Below are positions 51,237 to 64,000 of a stretch of 64,000 nucleotides of DNA, in pieces. The position numbers and the translations under genes were made by a program. The first letter of the stretch is position 1. Each line of letters begins with the position of its first letter. The notes under the pieces are model-generated. The model saw only the letters and a program-made list of their open reading frames with translations, was not told the origin of the DNA and searched no databases. The DNA comes from Isurus oxyrinchus (Eukaryota), in contig JANJGN010000026.1 of the NCBI GenBank assembly GCA_026770705.1, positions 23,808,001 through 23,872,000 on the forward strand. Reading direction: 5' to 3'.

Positions 51237-51654
51237 ATGTGTGGATTGATCAGTTTATTCTACCTATTTCCACAAGCACTTTGTTTAATTTTCCTTGTAA
51301 ATATCATTATGTTAATTTCATTCTTGCTTTGGCAGCTATTCCTTGTCACTGGGAAACAAATTCTGATATTGGTTTATCGAGAACGCAAGGACAATCATTT
51401 TGCATCACCATAACTCTACTTTCATTTCAAATGAACTTATATTCTTGCATCGCCAATTCTCTAATCGTGCTCCTGAACATCTCTTCTCCATATTCAGTGA
51501 TGAAAGAGTTGAAGGAAGTTTTAAAGTATCTGTAGACCATGCGAAAGGCTCTACCACTCTCACCGTTCACTCGGTTCAGTTCTCAGATGCTGCAGTGTAG
51601 AACAGTGCAGTGAAACACGGGGTGGCACGGAGGGGAGGAGGCTGCACTAGAACT
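51237..51654 (+). pseudogene. TCR V pseudogene
   Basis: Leader-like MCGLISLFYLF; acceptor 51335; FLHRQFSNRAPEHL...FKVSVDHAKGSTTLTVHSVQFSDAAV*; RSS cacgggg-23-actagaact. Confidence 0.8.
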
Positions 51655-53574
51655 CATTCGACATGGGGACTGGGGAGACAATCAGGACATGGGCTTTAGA
51701 TGCGTGAGCGGCTCTGCAATAAAAAAACAGTTCATCATCCAAGTAACTGAATGAAAATATGTTTTTATTATTTCATAATAATATAACATACAGATTAACC
51801 ACTCTATAAAAAGAAATCACACATGCAAAGGACCTTTCCTCTTGTGGGAAAATCTAGAACTAGGGGTCACTGTTTAAAAATAAGGGGTCTCCTATTTAAA
51901 TCAGAATTGAGAAGAAAATATTCTCTCAGAATGTAGTCAGTATTTGGAAGCCCCTTCCTGAAAGGGCAGGGGAAACAAGGTCTTTGAATGTTTTCAAGGC
52001 AGAAGGTGATCGATTTTTGATAAATAAGGGAATGGAAGATAACTGGGAGTAGGTGTGAGGTTCCAGTCATATCAGACATGACCTTATTGGATGGCGGGGC
52101 ATTTGTATGCTCGTAGATATCTAGCATCCTGAAATTTGATTGACATCGTTCTTCGATGATTAAGATGCTCGCAAACCTTACATTGTTCTGAAGTCATCAG
52201 TTGAGGATTTGTGAGTTTATGAACAAAACGCTCATCTATTTATGCAAATGAACAGGCACTGTCCTAATGACGTGGGCACGTCAGAAAACTGTCTAGGAAA
52301 AATAGTCTAGGAATTAATATTAAATAGTAAAGGTAGTATAAGCAAAACAAAAAAAGATAGAACTTACAGTAATAGTAAAACCAAAGCTATAAAAACCATA
52401 ATAATGTGGCAGTATAGTGATGCAGAAATATCATGCAGCAATATTTGAGAATAAATTGAGAGTCGTTGTTTCACAGGCAGTTTGCCACTAGATGGCGGTC
52501 CAGGACCTTAGGTTTGCAGAAAACTTATCAAGCCGTTAGTGACATGTGGCAGCTGAAGAATACAGGAAATATTTTGGCGCTGTGATACCTCGCTGTAAAC
52601 AATCGATAGGTGAATTACACAAGAGACTTAGAGGTGGAGGCCTATAAATCATTATATTTCATGGTCCAATGTCACTGCATAGCCCGATGTAAAAGGTTAT
52701 CACATTCAGAGAGAGAGAGAGAGGCAGAGACGGAGAGCGAGACAGAGGAACAGAGACAGAGAGAGACACAAAGAGACAGATAGAGAGAGACAGAGACCGG
52801 GACAGAGAGACAGAGACACAGAGACACAGAGACAGAGAGAAACAGAGATCAGCAGAGAGAGATCAGTCATTCTTTTCATGACCGAAAATTTTGGTCACTA
52901 TTGGCCACAACTTCAAAGTATCCGGAAAATACCTGGACACTCAAATCCCTTCACTCCACTACAATGTTCAGAGTGACAACCTTTTCTGGTAGAGAATCAA
53001 ACATTCCCACTGCCCTCTGTGTAAATAATATTACTAACATCACAACAGCGGCGACACTGGAAAGGTACTTCGTTCGGTTGGGAAGTGCTTACTGACACCT
53101 TGAGTCTGTAAGAGGCTATTTCTCTTTCCGAGTGATATTTGATTCCAGGGTTAAAAATTAATGGCCCCCTGTTTCCAGGGGGCCAGTAAAGTTTATTTCT
53201 TTAAATTTCCTTCTCTTTATTTCAATCCTTTTTCCTGGATTATGCTGTTGAGGGGTCCCCACGTCCTGGGATTATCAGGGTTCTGTCTCCAGTCTGTTCA
53301 CAGATACTCTCCGCTCACAGGACACACGTAATCTTTCGAAAACAGCAATCCGGGAATATACTGAGGAGATCCTGAAGGAAACTGACTTCCTGATTAGGGA
53401 GGGCCAGTGATCGAGGCCCCGAGGCCACTGCACTCCGTATGTCGTCATCAGCCTGATCATCACTATATGAAAGATTTGTATTCATTTCCCTGAAAGTGTG
53501 TCTATAAGCTATGTATATATTTGCACAAAAGTGCACATACATAACAATACAAAGGCCATTCTGCAAGCACTACT

Positions 53575-53850
53575 TGTCAGCCGAGGCTCAATTACTCGCC
53601 CAGTCGCCTTTGAACAAGAAGTTTCAGGATTCTGTCCCTCTCTGGAGACTTGACCCCCAAGATCTATACAGACTCATTACTTCAGTCCTCAGGGAAATAT
53701 GCACCGTCTGATGGGCCGGCTTTCGGATGAAATGTTAAATCAAGGACACCGCCTACCCTCCCAGGTGGACATGATGGATCACATGAGCACTACTTTGAAG
53801 CAGAGAAGGGGAACTGGCCTGGACAATATTTCTCCACCAATCACCGTCAC
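53575..53850 (+). mobile_element. Deu-domain-like SINE, decayed (another copy on minus at ~55640-56050)
   Basis: tttcggatgaaatgttaaatcaagg...ccctcccaggtggac...gcactactttgaag...cctggacaatatt resembles the DeuSINE central domain. Confidence 0.6.
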
Positions 53851-53854
53851 TGAA

Positions 53855-54210
53855 ATAGTTGTGGTTGTTGAAGGTCAACCATCTCAGCTCAAGGACAACA
53901 CTGCAGAATTTCCTGAGTAGTCCTCGGCCCAACCACCTTCAACGGCTTCATCAGTGACCTTCCTTCCATCATAAGGTCAGAAGTGGGGATATTTTGTGGA
54001 TAATTGCACAATGTTCAGCACCATTCGCGACTCCTCAGATACTGAGCAGCCCACCCAATGCAGCAATGTCTAGACGGCATCCAGGCTTGGGCTGAGAAGG
54101 GGCAGATAACATTCAAGCCATACAAGAGCGAGGCAATGAATATCTTCAACAAGAAAGAATCTAACCATGGCTGTTTGACATTCAATGGTACTACCATCAC
54201 TAAATCCCCT
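53855..54210 (+). mobile_element. LINE RT fragment
   Basis: Reverse-complement match to 7600-7900 (gtcctcggcccaaccaccttc...gtcagaagtggggat..., FADD-region homolog). Confidence 0.8.
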
Positions 54211-57094
54211 GATAATTTTTGACTCCTTTGTCAGTCAAGAATCTATTTAACTTAGCTTTGATAATGTTCAATAACCCTGCATCCACCGCTCTCTGAGGAA
54301 GAGGCGACCCAGACCCTTGAATCTCTGAGCGACAAAAATTCTCTTCATCTTCAATTGGAGATCCCTTACTTTTAAACTTTGTCCCCTAGTTCTAGCCTCC
54401 CTCATAAGGGGAAACATATTTTCCACATCCACCCTGTGGATATAAGACATAGAGTGCACGTCTGTGCGAAGTGCATCATTATTAACGTTTACTAATACAT
54501 GCCCCTGGTTATAGTGAACTAAGCGCTGTCGCATTTATTACTAGAGACGACTATGCCTTTGTTTAATTTATACACGATCATGCTTCCATTGTTTTTGCCC
54601 TTGAGCACGATTCCTTTTACATAACGGAAGTCCCGGTCTCAGTTATCAACGCAGTGCACCATGCCTTTGTTCCTATTACAGTAGTTGCTGGCTCTAATAT
54701 TAATCAACTACACATTGCCTCCATCGCATTAAAGCACATCTCCTTTTATCAAATTAAGTAGTACCCCAGTGATTACGTTATGACACCTTTTATCTTTATT
54801 CTTATTACGTTTGAAACTGTCTTTCTTTCTATCACACCAGACCTTCCCTGTCATTGCTCATATTACACTGGACAATGCTAACATACGTACTCGAAGCAGG
54901 AATAGGCCACTCGGCCCCTCAAGTTCGTTCCACCATTCAATAAGGTCAAGTCTGATTTGATTGTAACCTCGACCTGTTATTCCCGCCAATCCCTGATAAC
55001 CTCTCGCCCCCTGAGCCACTGTGAAGCACTTTTCAGTTACTCTGAGGTCGCGAACAGCACAGTTCACATCCACACAGCATCAGGTGAAGTCAATCCACCA
55101 CTGCGTTTTGCTGGGTTTCTGAAAGAACTTTTCAGTTATCAGGAGAGGCGCCTCCACTCGGCGAACTAGGTGATGGCCTCGGACTACAATGTTTGGAGGG
55201 AAGAGGGCTAGGGAATGGGAGTGCGGGGGCAAAAAAAAACACTGTCGGCTTTTTAAAAAGGAGCTGAACGCCGGCCATGATTGTATTGATGAGTAAATTG
55301 CAAATTTGTTTCTACTTTCCAACAGATGACGTTATTCATACTGAAAGGAAGGGATAGTGTCCATTACTCTATCTGTATTTTCCTGTGAAATAGTAGATAA
55401 CGGGCAGTTCCTTATACTTCCCTGCTCTTTTCACTATGTCCTTCTTATCCAATTCCCATTTGGAATTTATTGTTTAATCTGGGTCCAGCTTCCTTTCGGA
55501 CAGCACATTCGGGATCAAAACTCAAAAGTGACTTATCATGTTATCAAATACTTTATTTTAAGTGCAAGGGCTGAACGTGGAGATCGAGTCTCTGCAGTGT
55601 GGAGTTGTTCCTGAGAAAGATTGAATGAAAGAAAGAAAAACAATCAGGCAAACAACATTGCGCTGTTCCGGGCCCCAGGGCGCCCAAAGGGCTCTACAGA
55701 CAAATAGAAACGTTCCTGTTATAATGCAGGAAACGTGGCAGCAAAAGGTGGGCAGAGCAAGATTCCACAAAAAATAATGAGATAAGTGAGCACAAAACTG
55801 TCCTCAGTGGTGTTAAATGAAGGTTAAATAATGGCCAAGGACACTGGGGAGAATTCTTTGCTGTTTTCTTAAATTTTTGAATAGAGATAGTGAGACATTT
55901 TGCAATCCATCTGAGAGCGTAGACAGAGGCCGTCGTTCAGCATCTCATCCAGAAAGTCAGCACGTTCAATCGCTCAGGATTCCTTCAGTGTAGACAACTG
56001 CAGACTGTCTGCGCTGCACTGTGAGTTTTATATGCCTCGAATGTGGGAGCTTGAGCGGACGATTTATGGGTAAGGTGACAGAAAGTTCTATGCATTTAGA
56101 CACTCTGGTGGAAAAGAAACACCATGAGGGGGTTTTATTATTTTTCAGCAGTTAAGGATGTGAAATTACCTGTCTATTCCGGAGTATTTTCCGGGCAGAG
56201 ACAGAGGAGAACAAGCACAGAATTCCCTGGGGGCTTCAGCGTGTCCATGGAATGTGACAGTCTGCGCATAATCAGCCTAGTGATCGGCAGTGGGGAGCAT
56301 TGCAGTCATCACCAAGGCGCCTGCGTGATGATGGTGGCTCACAAACACGACTCTGGGACCCGAGCATGGGTATAGGTGGTGGGGAAAGATAAACCCAGAT
56401 GACTGTGTAGGTTGAGCAGCAAGGAAGAGGCACCAGGCAGCAAACAGGTTGCTGTTAGATGGCTCTGTATAGACGGGGCTCAGGAGAAGTCACAGGTCCC
56501 GTTTGATAACTCCATGCATTTAGGGTTCAGAAGCCCTGTGGACCAGAGAAAGGCAGAAGGTGGCAGTCTCCATGCTGCTGACAGGGTTAGGGCTCTGTGG
56601 AAGCTGCGGGAGCCACTGATAGCTTGGTGCAGCTGGGGAGATTGGAGGTCGGTAATATGCCCAGGCAGTGGCAGCACTGAAGCTAGCTGTCTGTTATAGA
56701 GCTGAAATTGTGCCAATGATTAGAGATTGCTGTGTTATCTCAGGATACAAGGATAAACGACCAGGAGGTTAAAAACCCTGAGGCAACCCAAGTCAGAGCA
56801 ACGTTCAAGGGAATTCAGGTGCTTATTCTTTGAAACTGAAGAAAGGAACCCCTCGTGAGGAAGGCAGAGATTGTGTGACTCACTATGCTCACTGACGTCT
56901 GGATGGGTTGCTGAGAAATCCGTGGGGTCTGTCTTGGTCGCATCTGGCTCTTAATATGCAGTGTGGTGTGTTCGACCACAGTTGCTCGCTATTTCATATT
57001 TAGCTCATGTTAGTTCTGAGTGTTAGAGTATCAGATTGGTAATACAAAGTGTTTTACTTTGCTACCTTTACATGGTAAAGTTTATTTTGCTTGT

Positions 57095-59915
57095 TCAAAA
57101 CCGTGAAATATCATGGCTGTATTTTTTTAGTAAGCAACCGGGGTTCCAAACTTTGTCTACTTTAAACAAAACATTACTGGCCACTAACTGTTTGATAACA
57201 CACGATTTAAAGCAAAAGGTGAGGGTCGTGAAGGGGGAATTCAGCACCTTCTTCAGTTCATCCCTGAACTTGGTCTGGGCTACTGCGTAGATGAAGATGC
57301 TATTGCAGGAACTGAATAACTGCAGCATGTTGGTTGTCTCTTGAAGGATGAAGTGTGGGTCATTGAAATCCAGGCCAGTGAAGTAGGCCTCACCCGTATT
57401 CCGCACAAAGAGCAAATGTCTGACATTGGTGATGTACAGAAGGAGGAAGCTGAGGGAGATGGCGAAGAGCAGGACAATGGATCTCTTGTGGTTGATCATC
57501 TCCTGGTCTCCATGCCTCCTCTCGGCACCCCGGAGCCTCCTGTGGTCTCTGCTGGACGCTAAGATGTGCCTTACGGTCAGGGCATTGAGTAGCAGAATGA
57601 GGAAGAAAGGGAGGAAAGGAGGCAAGATGTGATCTAGCCAGTCGTAGGCCTGCCAGGCGTGCAAAATGTAGTAGCTGGACTTAATGTCACAGAACCAGGA
57701 CACCTCGTCCAGACTATACAAGGGCTGGTAGGTGAAGTAGAAAGGGACTTTCTTGGCGCAGCTCAGGGCACTGACCAATCCTATAACCAACAACGCAGTT
57801 TTCTCAGTGCAGTATCTGGTCTTCAGGTTCTGACAGCAGATGGCCATGAAACGGTCGAAGGTGAAGGCGACCGTCAGCCAGACTGAGCCATCCCAGGTGG
57901 TATAGACAAGCACGGTGCTGACAACGCACCTCGGGGTGGTAGATAGGACACTATACCTAAAGTAAATGCCACCAATCTGGTTGAGGATAACGGCAGCGAT
58001 CATGCCAAGGAAATCAGTCACCACTGTCGCCACCAGGTAGTAGGTGATGCACCGGGAGAGTCTGCACCTCCTTTGGGATAGGATTCTGATCGCCACCAAG
58101 TTGGCTGTAAGAAATAAAACTAAAGAGATGTTACCGAGAGAACTCCAGACACCAGCTACTGCCTCATCCAATCTGTTACTGAAACTCTCATGATCAGTCC
58201 CTTCACCATCTGCAGTCTCCAATTATTCTAACTCAGTTGCTAACTGTTCGACATCCAATGTTGGATTGAACATTTCTCAACACAGAGGACATTATAATTG
58301 GTTCTCGCCACAAACCCCGCCTCTGGCCACTGATCCCATTCCCGTGGCTCTTCTAAGGTTTGAGACTCTTGACAATAGTTATCTCTTGTTTGACCATGAA
58401 ATAAACTTCCAAACGCCCAGATCCCCATGTCTATCAGAAACACCGAAACTGCATCCTTCAACCATTCTAATACAGCCCATAATATTGCCTGTCTTTAAAA
58501 CTACCTTAGCTTAACCGCTGCTGAAAGCCGTATCCATACCTTTCTTATAACTAGGCTCATGACCATTGGAATAGTCTTTTGGGTGGTATCTAAATTCGCA
58601 TCGTTATTGAACTTCAATTTATTCAAAAAAAATTGCTCCCCATGCCCTTATTCGCACCAAGTCCCGTTGATCAATCAATCACTTTGCTCACTGAGCTACC
58701 CTGGACCCTTGTCCATCAAAGCCTCTATTTAAATATTCTCTTCCTGATTTTCAAACTGATCTTTAGTGTCGCCACTCCAGATCCTTGTAAAATCCTGCAG
58801 CCTTAAAACGATCTGAGATCACAGCATACATCCAACTCTGCTCCCATGAGCATCCCTGATATTAACCGCTCCATCACTAAAGGTTATGTCTTCATCTTGT
58901 GAGATAAAGAATTCCGACCCCACCCTCAATGGCTCCGTCTCTCTCTATTTATTTTTCAATTGTTTTTAATAACGTACTTCTTTGATCAAACGTTTTGTCA
59001 TCTGGCCTTATATATCTTTGTGTGGTTCCTTATCAAATTTGTTTGTCAAAACTTCTGTGAAACATTTGCACCATTCGTGCTGCAGAGACTCAAGAAAAAG
59101 AAGTGCAATTCAAATTCCTCAAGTGGAAAAGAGGGTTAGACAATAAATGCCAACCCTCCCACAGACAACCACATCCCGTGATTCAATAAAAAATATAATT
59201 ATCCAAAATAAAGTCCAAATGCATAAAAGCTAACACCACGCAACAAAATAGACAATTGTTTAAAAATCTTGCACCCCCATTCACCTCTGCCAAAGGTTTC
59301 CATCATTTATTTCTATGGCCACATTTACAAAAGGAATTGCCCAGTGGGAATGCACAACATTGCAACTAGAACATGCTTTCAGGCGTCGCCCTGCAGATTA
59401 GTGGAATCATTGAATGATTTGTAACATCACGATCCATGTTGAATAATGATTGCACTTTAGAGTCATTCTCAGGTACTTTAATAAAATCGTTGCATGGGAA
59501 TGCATTTTATGGCTCAACGATACGCTATTGTTCCATCTAACACTAAAAACACCAGAATGCATTTTACTACATTAGAATATTTTCTATTGTTCAACAATTT
59601 AACGTGCATAAATGCCATGCATTAAGATCAACATTTCTGCAACCTAATAGACGGTTGTTCGCAAAGTTCACGACATAATTTATTGAACAATCCAAAGCAA
59701 GTAATGCACTATCTTACACCATAATCCAGTAAGTCCTCTACACTCAGACAGTGCAGAGTATTACGAAAGTTCAGCACGTTCCAGAAAGGGAAGGGACAGA
59801 ATTTTGGCGATTTACAAAAAAATAAATTATTTATTTGGGATTCATAACTCACCTGGGACACCAATAAAAGCGAGAATGGGGTAGTAAATGGCATTCCATT
59901 CGCTGAGCCATGCAT
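57095..59915 (-). pseudogene. GPR139-like class A GPCR; exon 1 59853-59915 (frameshifted), exon 2 57095-58104 (open)
   Basis: Exon 2: ANLVAIRILS...YYLVA...SVWLTVAFTFDRFMAICC...RYCT...FIYAV..TKFR, covering the rest of the 7TM; exon 1 AIYYPILAFIGVP|gtgagt is out of frame with its ATG. Confidence 0.8.
58200..59070 (+). mobile_element. Decayed L2-type LINE 3' end in the GPCR intron
   Basis: Collinear with 17080-18080. Confidence 0.7.
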
Positions 59916-60539
59916 TGTCTTTCAGGAACCAAAGAGATTCTGAATGCTGCACATCTTAATTCTGCAAAGCTTTCAAAGGGTCCCTCATTAATACCAGTTG
60001 ACAGTCTCCAGAGGGGCAATTAAGCTACAACATACACTTTAGTTACAGGTCGGTGAACAAACAGATAAAGCGATCGATTCATGACTTTTATTTCTAACAT
60101 TGGTAAGGTAAATAAATCCATTCCCAGTGAGGTTGAACTTCAAAACCTGCGGTCCCTCTTCCCCAGAAACCATGTCTTAACGTCTCCATCAATCAGAGCC
60201 CCTATTGAAAATGCTGAGCTGATCTCTAATCCAAAACCATCTCTACCCAGCCCTGTCATATTCCCAATTATTTTGCGCTTTAGTTGTCAGATGAGTTTAT
60301 ATGTTTGGTTTCTTTGTAAGTGTTCCAGTGTTTAGTGTCTTAATGTTATTCAAATATTTAAATAGATTTACAGCTGAACAATCTGAAATAACTATTAGCT
60401 AACATGGGAGGACATATGAGGTTGAGCCTGTCGCTTGCAAACCCTTGGCCATGTGGAAACAGCAGAAAACTTGTTTGTCCCGATAAACCACAAATGCTGA
60501 AAGTGCCTCCAAATGCTCGAGTTTCAATTGAGAGTTTCT

Positions 60540-61150
60540 AGTGAAGGAACAAGTGACACATGCCCTAGTGTGATACAAACTGGGGCATCGTTGGGGGAAG
60601 TAATTACGGAGAAATGGCTTAAAATTAATAGCACCAAGTGCAGTAGCAATAGAGACACGACCAACACAATGTAGAACGATACTTGCTGTAATGCAGCAGT
60701 AACTGAGACAAAGCCTCGCGTGAAGTGAACAGCAACAGGGCGTAAAGGAATATAAAAAAGAAACATTGTCTCGCACTGTGATAGTTATGTTCAATGGAAA
60801 CACAGTCGAGTGCAGTAATTCACATTTCGTCTAATACAAACAGAAAATTGTTCTAGTACAATGATAACGGAGCTGGGACGCAGTTTAACACAGGCAGGGA
60901 AATGGTCACGTCAAGTAATTACTGGGCAAGAGTTACATGTATAGAGACAAGTGCAGTAATAATAGAGGCAGCGTCAATGTGATGCAGAATGCTACATCGT
61001 TCAATGTGGTAATAACTCAGACAGGGCCTAGTGTAATACAGACAGAGACATGGTCTAACTTTGTGTAAGCAGAGACACAATCTAGTGCAATATAGACAGG
61101 TATGGCCTCGGGTAATATAAACAAAGGCAACATGTCGTGTAATATAGATC
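60540..61150 (+). repeat. Degenerate ~29-30-bp tandem repeat (agacatggcctagtgtaatac...)
   Basis: Recurrent ctagtgtaata units; related arrays at ~20900-21300 and ~63100-63260, and inverted at ~54430-54870. Confidence 0.6.
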
Positions 61151-64000
61151 ATAATAGGTCACACAATCATGATTGATGGTGTTATCGACATCACAGCAGA
61201 GCAGGGTATCCGCAATATCCTAATGTCTACGCAGGTATAGAAATAGCACCATAACGTCCTTTGTTCACGTGTTGCTCTGCGGCAGAGTCGAAGGTCAAAC
61301 AAATTCAGAACAACTTGTATCTTGTTTCAGCTCTGAGTAAAACAGCTGCCCATCTCACATTTTAAATAACTTTTTTTCCCTGCTGATCGATTAACAGAGA
61401 AGAACCCGATCGGACCGAGGGAGCCATCACAGAATCAGATTTGAAGACATCCATTCTAATTCCCGCCCTCAATAATTTGCTGTCGTGTCTCACGATTCTC
61501 TCTCATCACTTCCTTGTGTCTCCCTTGGTCTGTGAGATCCGTCGGTGGTGAGCTGTCTGGCACTGAATGGAAACGCCCCGAGCTGGGGTCCAGTCAGTGT
61601 CCTGATAGAGGAATGGCTGCGCTTTTAGAGACGGGAGAGGGGGGAATGAAACCCTGGTCTGTTCATTATCGCCAGCAAACTCGGGATTGTTAGTGGTTAC
61701 AGAAAACATTGCAGCATTAAGGAAACACTTTAAAGCCCAATCTGCACTTGGGTTTTGCTTTGAAAATCTCATCCAAAATCCTGTGAAATCTGCTCAATGT
61801 GCATGAACACGGACACGGCCCATTCATCAAGGAAGCGAATCGAAACCCAACCTCCTGTTCTTCCTCTATATCCTTCCGCCAACAGAAACAGTTTATTTTG
61901 ACCTACCCTGCCCAACTACATGATTTTGAACACCTCTATCAGATCTACCCTGAACCTTCCATTCTCCATGGAGAACAAGCCCACTTTCCCCGATCTATCC
62001 AATTAACTGAAGTTCTGCATCCCTGAACCGATTCTGGCCAACTTCTCTGCGCCTTTTCGAAACCATTCACATCCCTCCTAAAGTAGGATGCCCGGAAGTG
62101 ATACAATGCTCCAGTTGAGGGGGAACCAGTGCATTCCAGGGGATCAGTAGCATTTCCTCACTTTTGGACTCTATGTCGCTGTTATGAAGCCGATGATACC
62201 AATTGTTTAAGCATCAATTTCTCAGGCTGTCAGGCCATTTATGCCCAAATAGTGCACAGCGTTTGTTGAAGAATGGATAATTGAATGAATTATTTTAGCA
62301 GGAGTATTGTGGGCGGCTCGAAGTATAAAAATATTAAAGGCTCTGAGGAGCCAGAAGGGATATACGAACTTGATGTCTTCAACGGCTTTATTCTGTGCTA
62401 CAAAATTATAAGGTCAATTGTAAATACATTCGTGGAGATTAGGTGATTTCCCCCCACCTCTTCCGCGTGTGTGTGTGTCTGCCTTGGAGCGTTTGTGTGT
62501 GCTTCTTTCAAATTAAGCCCGCAAATGGACAAGAATTTGAACTCTTTCCGTGCCTTGTATCACCAAGTAGGTCAAAATAATCTGTTTCTATTGGTGGGAG
62601 TGTAGAGAGGAAGAACAGGTGGTTTGGTTTAGATTTGTTTCCTTGATGAATCGGCCGTGGAAAGCAGCGGCTCCAACAATTCAACGCGGCTGAGAAAGTT
62701 CCCTATCTGTGGCACAGGGAATGCGGGCTGAAGTCATGGCGTTTCTTCAGACTCCGCCCAGCATTAAAACACCCAGCTTGGAAATCGTGTAACTCTTGAC
62801 CCGGACGTTGAAAGACGGGTGCAACCGTCGTTCTAAAAGGGCACTGCAGCTCTCGAGCTATTTCACTAAGTTTTGTCATTTAGGAGGAATGGATAGTTGT
62901 TGAAATAAGGGTAGGAAGAAAGTGACAATTTTAAAAATTCAGTAAACTGGCTAAACATCAATTGTTTTTTTCCAACAACTCAAAACGATTTCGTACAGTC
63001 AATACGTGAAGTTTTCGAGGAGTACATGCCATTAATTCAATTCAAGTTGTAGTAATAAACACAATCTGGATCTTGTTTATCCCTATATCCTCATGAAGCA
63101 AAGCATATGAACTTGGGAGTACAATAATAATTAAGGCCTGGTAAATGCTAGCAGAGGCAGAGCCTAGCGTAATAATCAAGGAGGAAGTGGCTAGCACAAT
63201 AATAATGGAGAGCCAGTGAAACATTCACAGAGAAACAGCCTAGCATAATAATCAAGAAGCCTAGGACTGTTACAAAAATACCCCAATATTTCCTCATGTG
63301 ACTTAATCTAAATTTGGTTTCATAGCTCCCGTGTGAGGTGCTTTAGGATATTCTATCATGTTAAAGTGTTTTTAAATGCACGTTGTTGTCGTGAGATTAG
63401 GCTTTGTGTGTACATATTCGTTGGCTAATGCTGGCTTAACTTGAATTCTGTGTGTATAACTTGCATTGTGCGGGGACCTTATATGTTGGGTGTGAGTCTA
63501 ACTTCAATTATGTGAGTGCATTCGGCAACATGTGACTCTCACTGTCATTCTGATTCTTATCTAGTCTCAGGTCACTGAGTTATGCTGGTTTCGGCCTGAT
63601 GGCTAACAGCTTCTTTCAGTATCTCTCATAAATGAACATGCTATATGACGAAGCCTCTTTAGATCTGCCCAAGTACTAGCAAGTTCCATTCAATGCCACA
63701 GTGGGCTGCATGAGACATCAAGACTCGATAGTCGTCTCCCAAGTGTGTCCCAACATTCTACCATTTCCCAAAACGTACATGCAAATTATTGCTGAAGCTA
63801 TTTGTTCAAGTAACTGTAAATAATTAGAGAAGCTAATTGCCTCTCTGTAGAATTCTAACAGTATATATGAGGGTCTGTTTGAGCTTTGCACAGAGAATCT
63901 CTGTGATCAACTATCACCGGCAGAGACCATCTCTTCTCGTAGGAAATGCATGGCCGAATATCTGGCGTAGTTTACGGCATTTACTATCCAATTCTTGCTG

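Noticed and set aside
23901-51654. IgH/IgNAR/NAR-TCR cluster interpretation
   Set aside because: No closely linked D/J segments and no octamer promoter noticed; TCR-type CRE promoters and V motifs instead
58105-58222. N-terminal extension of the GPCR ORF
   Set aside because: Lies upstream of a clear splice acceptor, starts at a non-ATG codon and overlaps decayed L2; the true exon 1 is at 59853-59915

Overview
Eukaryotic genomic DNA, most likely from a cartilaginous fish (shark). This is inferred from the repeat families, the ZNF style, the TCR V sequences and a GPR139-like gene. A 702-N gap (19102-19803) splits the window in two. Left (1-19.1 kb): a minus-strand C2H2 zinc-finger cluster (one intact 5-finger ORF, one ~25-finger pseudogene, remnants) embedded in CR1/L2-type LINEs and Penelope-like elements (PLEs) carrying minimal hammerhead ribozyme motifs. 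Right (23.9-51.7 kb): about 15 germline antigen-receptor V segments, most likely T-cell receptor alpha/delta, with leader exon, short intron, V exon and 23-bp-spacer RSS, on both strands. One is fully canonical (44763-45842, missed by the ORF track). One is open but lacks the first Cys and the conserved Trp (29714-30267). The rest are pseudogenes or leader-defective. No D, J or C segments are seen. A two-exon GPR139-like GPCR with a frameshifted exon 1 lies at 57.1-59.9 kb. Main leads: an apparently disulfide-less V family, a polarized array of CTCF-like motifs (two directly behind RSSs), inverted duplications and inversion-truncated V genes, a locally templated insertion in a CDR1, and a PLE hammerhead family with a variant core. 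All alignments and motif calls were made by eye.
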